This document shows positions 22,575-32,238 of a stretch of DNA of 51,804 nucleotides, piece after piece. The notes beneath the pieces are model-generated. The model was not told the DNA's origin, ran no database searches, and was given only the letters and a program-made list of their open reading frames with translations. Source of the DNA: Macrostomum lignano. Taxonomy: Eukaryota. Made by a program: the position numbers and the translations under genes. Location: assembly GCA_002269645.1 (NCBI GenBank), contig NIVC01004285.1, positions 1 through 51,804 of the forward strand, in the 5' to 3' direction. Position 1 is the first letter of the stretch. Every line of letters begins with the position of its first letter.

Positions 22575-23834
22575 TGTTATAGATGGGGTTTTTCTCGGGG
22601 TGGCCTGGTAGGTCTTTGAATCTTACCGCTGCCACCAGTGAAATAAATGGGGTTTTTCTCGGGGTGGCCTGGTAGGTCTTTGAATCCCACCGCTGCCACC
22701 AGTGAAGTACAAGCTGGGGTTTTCTTGGGGTGGCCTGGTAGGTCTTTGAATCCCACCGCTGCCACCAGTGAAATAGATGGGGTTTTTCTCGGGGTGGCCT
22801 GGTAGGTCTTTGAATCCCACCGCTGCCACCAGTGAAATAGAATGGGTTTTCTTCCCGGTTTAGGCACTTAAGATTACCTTAAGTCTCGAGCCTCTTCAGA
22901 GGGAAGTTCTCTCAAATCTCAGTAGCGTAGGTAGTGCTACCACCAGTTCCTTCAGGTCTCGGCCTTCGGTGAGGTGAGCTTCCCGTCGGAACGAAATAAC
23001 GAAGTCAACGAACACAGCACCTAGTGCAGAATTGCAGTTCAACGTACTAGGCGTCTCGTCAGCAGTACCTGCCGGGCTTGGATGGCAGAGGGAGGGCTGA
23101 GTTAGTCTCTCGTAGGCTGGCTTGGTCGGGTTCAGACAGACCAATAAGAACGGATTCAATAAACGCAGTCGGGCACTCAGTTCAGACGCTAATGCACACG
23201 GGTCTTAGAACTCGGGAAATCAAGAATTGACACTAAGCAGAAACGAGACTCCTTGACGGAAACAAGGGGGAGAGGGGTCCTATTTATAGCCGGGAAACGC
23301 CCGCGCACAAGACCTCGTGACTTGTTCTATTTTTAGAACTGACGTCACTCGAGAGTCTTGGGCAGGGTACAAGCGTGCGGAAGACCTCGTGACTTGTTCT
23401 ATTTTTAGAACTGATGTCACTTGAGGTCCCTGGCCAGAGTACACGCGGCTGTGACTCAGTTGCTATTTTTAGCAACATGAGTCACTCCTCTCCTTAGAGA
23501 AGGGAGGGGTCCGAAAACACGTGACTCACCCGGTAAACAGGGCCAACAAGTGCAGTAAACATGTTTACTGCACTTTAAGACTCAAAGAACGCAAGAACTG
23601 TCATGTGACTTGCTCACAAGACAGGGAAAATGGGACGGGAGTGAAACAGAGACAGCCCACAGTCGAGAGACTGAGGGCTGAGAATGGAAACGCAGCAGGG
23701 CGGAAAGGACACGGGGGCAACAGGCAAGCAAAAGGAGGGCGGGAAGCTGACCAGCGGCAGACAGCAACCCAAAGGGAGGGCGAGGGAACGGCTGACAAGG
23801 GTGACGCCTAGCCATAAACTAGCGGCTCACTATA
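22575..23834 (-). repeat. 3' LTR
   Basis: About 18 substitutions relative to the 5' LTR by eye. Starts TA instead of TG (mutation), ends CA. TATAAATA at 23281-23288, duplicated TGACGTCA-containing enhancer-like repeat, and a PBS array at 22575-22850. Confidence 0.95.
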
Positions 23835-23846
23835 CTCTCCCTGTTC
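23835..23846 (-). promoter_or_regulatory. Polypurine tract
   Basis: GAACAGGGAGAG immediately 5' of the 3' LTR on the minus strand. Confidence 0.8.
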
Positions 23847-24472
23847 AAATAAAGAGGCGAAGTGAAGGCGGAGCGCGCCTTTATTTAAAAAGGTAAACTG
23901 CAGAAAATAAAATTTTGATTGGCAAAAAGGTGGTAACTTTGGCAGAATAGCAGAGAAGGGGCTGGGTTAGGCCCATGATTGGAACCCTAAACGCGTGTGC
24001 GGGGGCGCCTGCCCGCTTGAAGTCAGCGCCTAAATACCGGGTTGCACAAATAACTGCAGCGCCCGTAAAAAGGATGGCAAATACAGGTAATGGGACAAAA
24101 GAAGCCATAGTGGGCTATAAAAGCGCGGCTGGGCGAGGCCGTACTACCACCCCATACGGTATTAATGGAGTCACACCAAAGCATGAAGGGGGGCGCCAGC
24201 CCCATGATACGCAAGAGGCGCCTAAATATGGGGGATGCAGGAGTTCATGCAGAGCCCCGGGGTAAAAGGCAAAAGACTGGCCACAAGGGCACAAATGGTT
24301 GATGCCGAAAATGAGCACAAAGGACAAATGCCGCTCATATACGAAGAGGGGAAGTAAACGGCGCGACGTGCGGAAGTAATTCGCACGTGCAGCGCAGGGC
24401 TGCTGAGGGCGCTAGCAAAAGGGCGCGACGAAAATTGGAGTCACCTGGGGTTTGTCAGTCCAGGGTTTAAAG

Positions 24473-26551
24473 TTACTCTTGCCGGTCACAGTGGCGCACG
24501 AGATCTGGGACCTCCGGCGTCCGACCCGCCATCTGGGCCGCAATTAGCCAGGCGACGACGCGGGCCGTCTCGGGATGCGGCGGACGCCTGAGCGTCGGTG
24601 CCGCGAGCTGGGCGGCCTCGTCCATTAGCCGCTGCCGATCCTCATCCGTAAGGGCGCGGAGACAGGCCCATCGCGGCCAGTCCGCGAGGGTTGGCAGTTG
24701 GTTCAATTGGGTGGCAGCAGTCAGCTGTTGGGCAATAAAGTACACTGCCTCAATATAGCGGTTAACGGCAGCTTGAACAGCTGGCGAAAGGCCCGGTGGC
24801 GACGATCCATTGTCCTCGGACTCATTGTCTGATGAGTCTGGGTCGCGTGGCTCCGGCGAGTTGGGCAGTGCCGGAGGGACTGCGTTGTTTGTAGGCAGGG
24901 CCTGTCGCAGCTCGGTGGTTAGCTCCTGCAGGGTGGTCGCCTCCGAATTGTTGCCGTCAGTCTGGCAGGCGGCCTCTACTCTGCCTGGGGCCACGGGGTT
25001 CTCCGGCTCGGGAACAGTTGGCAGCCAGACTTGGTCGTCGCGGGGCGGTGAAGCCGGTTCCAGTCGGAGCTCTGGCCCCGCTATTCTGCAAAGAAAAACT
25101 GAGTTGGGGGCGGGCTGCGCTGACGGTTTGCTGGCGTCATCCGACGACTCTAGCCGGGCGTCCCGAGTTTCGATCTTGGTCGATGTTGGCGTCGGCTGCC
25201 GGGGCGCGAGCTGTTGTCGAAGCTCCGCTAGGCCTTTGGCGACGACTTTGGCGGACGACCCACCGGCCGGTCGGTACTTAGTAGTCGGGCTTAGCCCCGG
25301 GGAGTCCGGCTCCGTCAAGTCAATGAAGACGGGCGTTGGCGGTCGGGGACGCTGGCGTCTCGATCCTTGAGCCTGATCAGCCGTCGCTGCGGGCTTAGGT
25401 CTCTCGCTGCTATGGCCCGCGGCCTCTCTAGCCTGATCCTGCTCGACTTGCCAACGGATATCAGCGATTCCTTGAGAGATTCCGTCGGTCGATGCAGTGG
25501 CTGCCAGGCTCGATGATGGGGCGGCCGCAATACGGCGAACAACGGGCGGGTTCTCCGAGGGCGTCCCCTCGGCACCGGCGGTCCGGTTGTGCCCTGGCCG
25601 CTGTCGCCTGCGGCGCCTAGGACGTGGCCGGCGTACCTCTAGTGGCGGTGACGGGGCTCTCTCCTCCTGAGGAAGGGTGAGCCGTAGCCGGGGAGGGATT
25701 TGGGCAACCTCCCGGTGTTCGCCCGACTCAAATTGGCCGCCGGCTGCCCCAATGGGCGGACCTGCTTCGGCCTCGTGCCGCGAGCGGCGATGGCGATTCT
25801 CCGCCGACGGCGTGCGCTCAGTGCGCTTGGCGGTACGGCGAGAGTGCATTTCTGCGCTGAAATGCGTTTCGATTTGTGCGCAGATGCGGGCGGTGCGGCT
25901 AACATAAGTCTTAGCCTTAGGATTAATAATCAGCCTCTCAGGCTGCCTACGATTCCTAGCCGGCCTACCGGCATCTACAATTCCTACTGACGCTTCCACC
26001 GGAGTGGTGCATAGCGACAGCCCAGGGGTCTGGACCACAGATAAAGCAGCACTGGGGGCGGGAGCAGAAACGGGCGGAAAGGAAACGGCAGGCATAGATG
26101 CATCAAGAACAGGCTCATGCAAATGACATTCACCATACGGCACTGGCTCACGCCGAAGTGCACTTGCCTGGTTCGCTGGTGTCGTGACCGGTCCACCTCC
26201 TGGCTGCACCTCCGGGATCGCCAAAGGCCGGAAGTGCCATCGGAAGGCCGGCCTTGTGTCGTAGCCGTCATCATCATCATCATCGTCGGGGTCGTCCTGG
26301 TCGTCCTCGGGAATCGGCGTCAGGGTCGCGGGTCCTGTGCTGTCGGGGACGTCGGGCGGTCGCCGACGCTTCTTCGGTTTGTCGACTTCAGGATCGGAAG
26401 TCCTCGTGTAATCGGCGTCAGGCACGAGTAGGAGGTTCCGGCGATGGACGATTAGTTCGTCTCGTCTGGCTCTCGGGTTGGGCAGTCTCCGTCGAATCTT
26501 GTAGACAACCTCGCCCTTGGGCTCGACGACTTCGTATAGGGCTTTGCGAGG
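24473..26551 (-). CDS. In-frame continuation of pol: GPY/F-like integrase C-terminus plus a ~650-aa extension of unknown function (possible separate ORF3 from ATG 25849)
   Basis: After TGA 26552-26554 the same frame reads PRKALYEVVEPKGEVVYKI..IVHRRNLLLVPDADY and stays open to 24473. Confidence 0.7.
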   Translation of the reverse strand, partial: PRKALYEVVEPKGEVVYKIRRRLPNPRARRDELIVHRRNLLLVPDADYTRTSDPEVDKPKKRRRPPDVPDSTGPATLTPIPEDDQDDPDDDDDDDGYDTRPAFRWHFRPLAIPEVQPGGGPVTTPANQASALRREPVPYGECHLHEPVLDASMPAVSFPPVSAPAPSAALSVVQTPGLSLCTTPVEASVGIVDAGRPARNRRQPERLIINPKAKTYVSRTARICAQIETHFSAEMHSRRTAKRTERTPSAENRHRRSRHEAEAGPPIGAAGGQFESGEHREVAQIPPRLRLTLPQEERAPSPPLEVRRPRPRRRRRQRPGHNRTAGAEGTPSENPPVVRRIAAAPSSSLAATASTDGISQGIADIRWQVEQDQAREAAGHSSERPKPAATADQAQGSRRQRPRPPTPVFIDLTEPDSPGLSPTTKYRPAGGSSAKVVAKGLAELRQQLAPRQPTPTSTKIETRDARLESSDDASKPSAQPAPNSVFLCRIAGPELRLEPASPPRDDQVWLPTVPEPENPVAPGRVEAACQTDGNNSEATTLQELTTELRQALPTNNAVPPALPNSPEPRDPDSSDNESEDNGSSPPGLSPAVQAAVNRYIEAVYFIAQQLTAATQLNQLPTLADWPRWACLRALTDEDRQRLMDEAAQLAAPTLRRPPHPETARVVAWLIAAQMAGRTPEVPDLVRHCDRQE

Positions 26552-29500
26552 TCAATGAAACTTCGCCGCCTCATCCGGTTCGAGTACCGGGTTGTTGAGG
26601 AAGACCAGATCGCCGGGTTGAAGCTTCTTGGCGGCGGGCAGGTTCGAGTAGTGCTCGTCTCGCAGTTGCTGATGCAGATGCAGGCGCTCCTTGGCTAGCT
26701 CGGTCGCCTCGTCCAGGCGACGTTGGAAGTCCTTGACGTAGTCGGGCAGGTCGGCGTACTCAGGCAGCTTCTTCAGCGCGTTGTCGATCGGGAGTCGGAA
26801 GTCACGGCCAAACACCAGGTAGTGAGGCGTGAAGCCAGTCACCGGGTGCACGCTGGAGCGGAGAGCCATCAGACAGGCCGGGAGGAAGGTGTCCCAGTCG
26901 TTGTGGTTGCGCTCGAGCAAACAGGTGAGGACACTCTTCAGCTGCTTGTTGAGGTTCTCGACTTGTCCATTGGAAGCTGGATTGTACGGTGTTGTTGTCG
27001 TATGCCGAATGCCAAACAGGTTGCAGAACTTCTTGAAGGCTGAGCCGGTGAAGTTGGTGCCTTGGTCAGTGTGGATCCAGCATGGTACACCGAACTCGGG
27101 GATGAAGCGCTCCTGCAGAAGCTTGATGACTGTTTTGGCTTTCTGGTTTCTCATCGGGTAGGCGAATGGATACTTCGACGTCGCATCGCACAAGGTCAGG
27201 ATGTAGCGGTTGCCGCTCTTGCTCTTCTGCGCGATTGGTCCTACTACATCACAGTGGATTCTACCCAGAACTTCGCAAACTGGGAAGCTCTGGACCGGAA
27301 CTCTCTCTCGCCGTCGCGATTTACTTTCAATGCAAGTGCGGCACTTACTGATGAAGGTCTTGGTAGCACGGGCTAATCCGGGTCTCCAGAACCGTTCTCG
27401 TAGCCGCAGTAACGTCTTCGTCTCGCCGAGGTGTCCACACAGTGGCGAACTGTGGAGCTCCTGGAGCACCTGGGCGTCAAGGGCCTCAGGCAGAACAACC
27501 TTTGGCGGCTGCTGGCCATCGGACAGGTCAATCAGCAGCAGGCCGTTGTCCTCCTGCAGGTTCTCATAGTATCCGAGCAGGTTCCGCTGCTCCTTCGTCA
27601 GGCGCAACCGGGCGTCGAACTCAGGCTTCGGGGCTTCGTCCTTGACCAGGTTGAGCACGTAGCTGATGGCTCGGTCAGCGCGCTGGGCGTCAACGAACTG
27701 TTGGCGAGTCATCGGCAGCTTCAGAAAATCAGTGAGCACGGCGCGGCATGGCTGAGGGGTCATGACTCCCGCAGTCTCCGCTTTAATGGCTCCAGGTCGA
27801 TCACACGGCACCGTCTTGTCGGCGTCAGGATTAGGTCGCTCCGAGGGACTTTGTCTCACAACGTCGGCGTACGTCCGTTGATCTCGAATCGAAGTTCTCT
27901 TCATCGCTCTCATGACAGAAGATTCCGCAGATGGAGCAGCGCGCATGCCTCCACTGCATAGCACAGGCGACTCTTGGCTGTAGGGCGGGACGCAACACGT
28001 GAAGCACGCCTCGTCGCAGGCAGCCGTAGCCGTCGGCTCAGTCGTCGTCAAAATTGGGTGAGTCTTCTCCAGCACTGGGCGGTGTCGCAAAGGGGGACTC
28101 GACTTTCCGCACAGGCGATGAGCAGCTGTCTGTCGGCCCGGGGGACAGAGCTTCGACCTTGCAGCTGGCGCAAGATTCTGGCCTCTGTCAACATGGCGAG
28201 AAATCTCAGCGAAAGGCTCGGAAGGGTTGTAGTTAAATTGCTTGCCTGGAGTTGCGTGGCGGGCCGTCATCAGAAGGGCTGCTGGCGCGGTGGCCTTTGA
28301 ATCTTGGTCCGTGGGCGTCTCCAGATTCCGAGACCGGAAGTCTTGGGCGTTGTCAAGGAGGTCTGCGTCAGCGGTGGCCTCTAGGACTTCGTCCAGGTTG
28401 GTCTCCAAGTAGCGGCAGTCGGCGTGGGCATCGCTGCAGAGGGCTGTTGTCACAGTGGCCTCTGGGTTGTCGTCCAGGCCGGTCTCCAGGCGTTGACTGC
28501 AGCGGTGGGCGTCGTGCTGGAAGACTGCTGGTGCGGTGGCTTCCAGGTCTTCGTTCAGGTCAGTCTCGGCCTCCGAGTTGCGAGAATGGACAGCCTTCGG
28601 GAGGGCTGCAGTGGCCTCGGGAGTCGCGTCCAAGTCCAGTTCCAGGTCGTGGTCGTCACCGGGTCGGGCTGCTGAACCGGGTTGCTTTAGCAGTCGGCCA
28701 TGGTCGAAGAAGATCGGCGGGCCCTCCGGTCTTCTTGATAGGGCATCAGCGTTGGCGTGTTCCTTGCCTTTGCGGTGGTTGAGCTGGAAGCGGAACTCGC
28801 TTAGGCGTTCGATCCAGCAGCCTAAAATACCTGTGGCCTGAGTTTGGTTCAGTAACCACAGTAAGGCCCGATGATCGGATCGAACTTCAAACTTCTTGCC
28901 GATTAAGTAATGACGGAAATGTCGCATAGCGTCCACGATTGCAAGCAGCTCTTTCTTCGTGACCGTGTAGCGCTTCTCAAGATCGCGAAGTTTACGGCTA
29001 AAGAATGCAATTGGACGTTCGACGCCGTCGGATTGCAGTTGTCCAAGGCAAGCGCCTATTCGAATATCAGAGGCATCCGTGTCGAGGACAAACTTCACAG
29101 CAGGATCAGAATTAAATTCAGGCAGAGCGAGAACTTCAGTAGAACACAATTTCTTCTTCAAAGTGTCGAACGCTACCTGATGCTCGGGAGTCCAATGCTG
29201 CCGCAGGCTGCCAATGTCCTTTCGCGTCAGGGCATGCAGCGGCGCAGCCACTCCAGCGTAGCCGTCGACAAACTTGTGGTAGTAATTGGCGAGGCCTAGG
29301 AATTGTCTCAGTTGAGTAACGGACTGTGGCACGGGCCAATCACGGATCTGCGCAATCTTGTCCTCACAGGTCTTCAGGCCGTCGGGAGTCACGACGTGAC
29401 CTAAATAATGCAGCTCCTTGAGGAACAAATGACACTTATTCGGTTTCACTTTGAGGTTGGCTGCGATGATGCGCTGGAGTACAGTTCGCAAGTTATCCAG

Positions 29501-31123
29501 CTGTTCCTCAAAAGTCACTGAGTGCACCACGATGTCGTCCATATAGCCAAGCGCAGTCTTTGGCGTTAGGCCGTCCAGGAGCTTATTGATGCAACGCTGA
29601 AAGCTGCCGGGACTGTCGTGGAGACCCATCGGTAGAACGTTAAAACAGAATTGGCCGCGGTCGATCACTGAGAATGCCGTCAAGTGTTGGTCGCAGTCGC
29701 GCAGCGGGATCTGCCAGAATCCTTGAGCAAGGTCCAAGCTGGAATACCACTGGGCTCCACGAAGCTTCGCGAAGGTTTCCTGTATGTGCAGCAGCGGATA
29801 CGGGTGATACACACACCTGTCGTTGAGAGCTCTGAAGTTGTGGACTAGTCGGATGTTGCCGTCCTTCTTGGGCACGATGAGCATTGGCGAATTGTAGCTC
29901 GAGTAGGCAGGGCGAATGATGTGCTTCGCCAGCATCTCGTCTAGCAGGGCGTCGAGCTTGTCCTTCAGATGAGGCGGGATTCGGCGCGGTGGTAGCGCAA
30001 CTGGTGTCCGATCTTTCAGGACGATCTCGTGGGTCACCAGGTGAGTCAGGCCGGCGTCTAGCAAGTGCTTGGAGAAGGCCGCTTGACAGTCAACTAGTAG
30101 ATCTCGCACTCGCTGATGTTGTTCTTTGGACAATTCGCTGTTGATCTCGACTTCATCTAGCCATGCTGTGCTCGACTCTTCAGGACTCTTCGACAGCTGT
30201 CGCACTTCAGGTTCGGGCGTCTCGCTCAAGTACATCAGGTCGGCAGTTCGGAGTGGTGTCGCAACTCCAACACGGATACCGGCTTGCAGAAACACCTCGC
30301 TGTCGGCGGTGTTGACGACCTCAATGTAGCCGCGACCTTCAGGCATCGTCATCAGAGCAGGCGCTGCCTCCAGAGCGTTGCAGCTGGGATGCAGCCTCGA
30401 CTTAACCAGCTCAACAATTGATGGCGATCCTCGATTCTCGGAATGGCCATCATCCAATCTGACGGGAAGCAGCGCTGAACTTCTAGGCGGCAGGGTGCAC
30501 TTCTCGGAGGTGTACACTTGGCAGGTTTGAAGCTCACGACGCGAATAACGAACAGGGATGCACGTGCCATTGTTGAACGTTAGCATTCCTTGAGCGAAGT
30601 CCAAGTTCTGGCAGTGCTCTCGCATAAACGATACGCCAAGCAAATTTTCACAATCGGAGACCGTGACGAGGAATTCGGTGTCCGCGACGACATCACCAAA
30701 CTCCACCGGGATGGTCACCTTACAAGCAAGTGGGAGCTGCGTCCCATCATACATAGTTACGCAATCGGGAGTAGCATGCGATATAATACAACGAGGCATC
30801 CGACGTCTAATAGCGGCCCAGGTTGACGAACCAAGGAAGTTTTTCCGGCTGCCGCTGTCTAGCAAGAAAGGGACTTCTCGACTCGCTACTCGACCTGTGA
30901 CGTACGAATCGGCCTCACGCGCATGGATTTTTTGATTCGGGGAGGTGTCCACAAAACCTCCGCACTCCGCGTCACTTACTGACGAGCGACTGTCGGACTG
31001 GGCATTGGCGCCTGCACAGCCGACATCCTCTTCTTCTGGTGACCTCTCGGAGTCTGCCAAGTAGCCTGGGCTTGGACCTCGCGGAGGGCGGTGCCGTTGT
31101 TGCTCTCCGCCTGGCCGTTTCCC
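26552..31123 (-). CDS. pol: Gypsy Pol (protease, RT, RNase H, long linker, integrase)
   Basis: FLLDSGS; SLDLAQGFWQ; LPMGL; YMDD; LDTDAS; SDHRAL; HHCC zinc finger (HSSPLCGH..CRTC); IHCDVVGP, HTDQGTNF, NGQVENLN. Confidence 0.96.
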   Translation of the reverse strand, partial: GKRPGGEQQRHRPPRGPSPGYLADSERSPEEEDVGCAGANAQSDSRSSVSDAECGGFVDTSPNQKIHAREADSYVTGRVASREVPFLLDSGSRKNFLGSSTWAAIRRRMPRCIISHATPDCVTMYDGTQLPLACKVTIPVEFGDVVADTEFLVTVSDCENLLGVSFMREHCQNLDFAQGMLTFNNGTCIPVRYSRRELQTCQVYTSEKCTLPPRSSALLPVRLDDGHSENRGSPSIVELVKSRLHPSCNALEAAPALMTMPEGRGYIEVVNTADSEVFLQAGIRVGVATPLRTADLMYLSETPEPEVRQLSKSPEESSTAWLDEVEINSELSKEQHQRVRDLLVDCQAAFSKHLLDAGLTHLVTHEIVLKDRTPVALPPRRIPPHLKDKLDALLDEMLAKHIIRPAYSSYNSPMLIVPKKDGNIRLVHNFRALNDRCVYHPYPLLHIQETFAKLRGAQWYSSLDLAQGFWQIPLRDCDQHLTAFSVIDRGQFCFNVLPMGLHDSPGSFQRCINKLLDGLTPKTALGYMDDIVVHSVTFEEQLDNLRTVLQRIIAANLKVKPNKCHLFLKELHYLGHVVTPDGLKTCEDKIAQIRDWPVPQSVTQLRQFLGLANYYHKFVDGYAGVAAPLHALTRKDIGSLRQHWTPEHQVAFDTLKKKLCSTEVLALPEFNSDPAVKFVLDTDASDIRIGACLGQLQSDGVERPIAFFSRKLRDLEKRYTVTKKELLAIVDAMRHFRHYLIGKKFEVRSDHRALLWLLNQTQATGILGCWIERLSEFRFQLNHRKGKEHANADALSRRPEGPPIFFDHGRLLKQPGSAARPGDDHDLELDLDATPEATAALPKAVHSRNSEAETDLNEDLEATAPAVFQHDAHRCSQRLETGLDDNPEATVTTALCSDAHADCRYLETNLDEVLEATADADLLDNAQDFRSRNLETPTDQDSKATAPAALLMTARHATPGKQFNYNPSEPFAEISRHVDRGQNLAPAARSKLCPPGRQTAAHRLCGKSSPPLRHRPVLEKTHPILTTTEPTATAACDEACFTCCVPPYSQESPVLCSGGMRAAPSAESSVMRAMKRTSIRDQRTYADVVRQSPSERPNPDADKTVPCDRPGAIKAETAGVMTPQPCRAVLTDFLKLPMTRQQFVDAQRADRAISYVLNLVKDEAPKPEFDARLRLTKEQRNLLGYYENLQEDNGLLLIDLSDGQQPPKVVLPEALDAQVLQELHSSPLCGHLGETKTLLRLRERFWRPGLARATKTFISKCRTCIESKSRRRERVPVQSFPVCEVLGRIHCDVVGPIAQKSKSGNRYILTLCDATSKYPFAYPMRNQKAKTVIKLLQERFIPEFGVPCWIHTDQGTNFTGSAFKKFCNLFGIRHTTTTPYNPASNGQVENLNKQLKSVLTCLLERNHNDWDTFLPACLMALRSSVHPVTGFTPHYLVFGRDFRLPIDNALKKLPEYADLPDYVKDFQRRLDEATELAKERLHLHQQLRDEHYSNLPAAKKLQPGDLVFLNNPVLEPDEAAKFH

Positions 31124-32148
31124 TGGTTCTGGCGCATCGGGCACTGGGTGTTGCGATGACCGGGCTGTCCGCAGCTATAGCAGATTATAGCTCTCTTTGG
31201 CGGGCTGGCTACCTGCTGTTGGTCACGCTGCACCAGGTGATCAAGCATTCACTGCTGTTTCTCAATCAAGTCGGTTAGAGTCAGCAAGGCTTGGGCGGTG
31301 ACGTCGGGCTTCGGGTCGCCGTCCTCCTCCCCGTCCAACATCCTAACCAGGGGTTGAGCAGATCGGTGCGCCAATTCTTTGGCGCCTTCTAGTCGTCGTA
31401 GCTCTCGAATCGCAGCAAGAAGATTGTTCGGGCGAACCCAGTACAGCCGTTCGCGCAGATCTGGAGTCGTCCGGATACCAGCAAGAAATTGATCAGTAAT
31501 CTCCTTCTCGCGGTCTTCAGGATGCATTCGAGGATATGCACGTTCACCCAGAGTTCTCAGGGCGTCAGCGAACTCTTCTGCTGACTCATTCTTGCCTTGT
31601 TGACGACGCCTCAACAGCTCTCTGTACTCATCAGCACCACCATGACGGGCAAATCGCTCAATCAGACGTTGCTTGACCTCCTCATAGCTGGCGAAACGCG
31701 GAAGATTCATACCAAGCAAGGCAGGATACGCAGTAGCTAAGTCAAGACTCGCGATGAGGTGTTGTTTCATCTCGAACGGGTCGACGATGTGCTCCATCTC
31801 GCAACGCTGCTCGAACGCGGCAAGCCAGACATGAATGTCCTGACTTGGAGTAAATTTCACAATTTTAACTTGTTTACTCACGGGCCGCTCCATCTGCTGC
31901 TGCAGAGCTGCCATCATGGTCCTCACGTCCTGGTGCGTGATGTTCCGGCCGATGTTGTCCAGGCCTTGCAGAAGCTCGTCTGGCGGGTCGTCGGACACGT
32001 CGCTTCTGGCACCTCGCCTCGGCGTCGGCTGCTGACCAAGGTCGTTGATCGCTGCTGCTGCTGCGGCGTCCGCTGCCGCAGGCCTTGAACTGCTGATGTG
32101 CTGATCCAGCTGGCTGCTGCACCGGCTCTCGTCTCGTTCGTTGAACAT
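30976..32148 (-). pseudogene. gag: Gypsy Gag with CCHC zinc knuckle; one in-frame TGA at 31249-31251
   Basis: Capsid-like IHVWLAAFE..QGKNESAEEFADALRTLGERAYP; after the stop the same frame gives CYSCGQPGHRNTQC. First likely ATG at 32148. Confidence 0.88.
31117..31123 (-). promoter_or_regulatory. Putative -1 ribosomal frameshift site G GGA AAC for gag-pol
   Basis: The heptamer is in the gag frame (Q-G-N) and pol is in the -1 frame (P-G-K-R). A GCGGAG..CTCCGC stem begins 6 nt downstream. Confidence 0.7.
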
Positions 32149-32219
32149 GTTGAACTCGTAGTAGTCACTGGCCGAAGTCGTTCTCGAAAGAGCGGTTGGC
32201 TTGGGTGTGTCGTAGTCGG

Positions 32220-32237
32220 ATCCCACTGCTGCCACCA
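32220..32237 (-). promoter_or_regulatory. Primer-binding site, tRNA-Leu type
   Basis: TGGTGGCAGCAGTGGGAT, 1 nt after the LTR-terminal CA; complementary (1 mismatch) to the tRNA-Leu 3' end AUCCCACCGCUGCCACCA. Confidence 0.88.
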
Positions 32238-32238
32238 G

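Noticed and set aside
22575-22850. CRISPR array or tRNA gene cluster in the LTR
   Set aside because: Units are near-identical tandem repeats without unique spacers and contain only the ~20-nt complement of a tRNA 3' end, not a cloverleaf.
22896-23811. Small ORFs in both LTRs (87, 64, 96 aa and others)
   Set aside because: Non-ATG starts, no motifs, and they recur only because the LTR is duplicated.
24473-26425. Envelope gene
   Set aside because: No signal peptide, furin site/fusion peptide arrangement or C-terminal TM helix.
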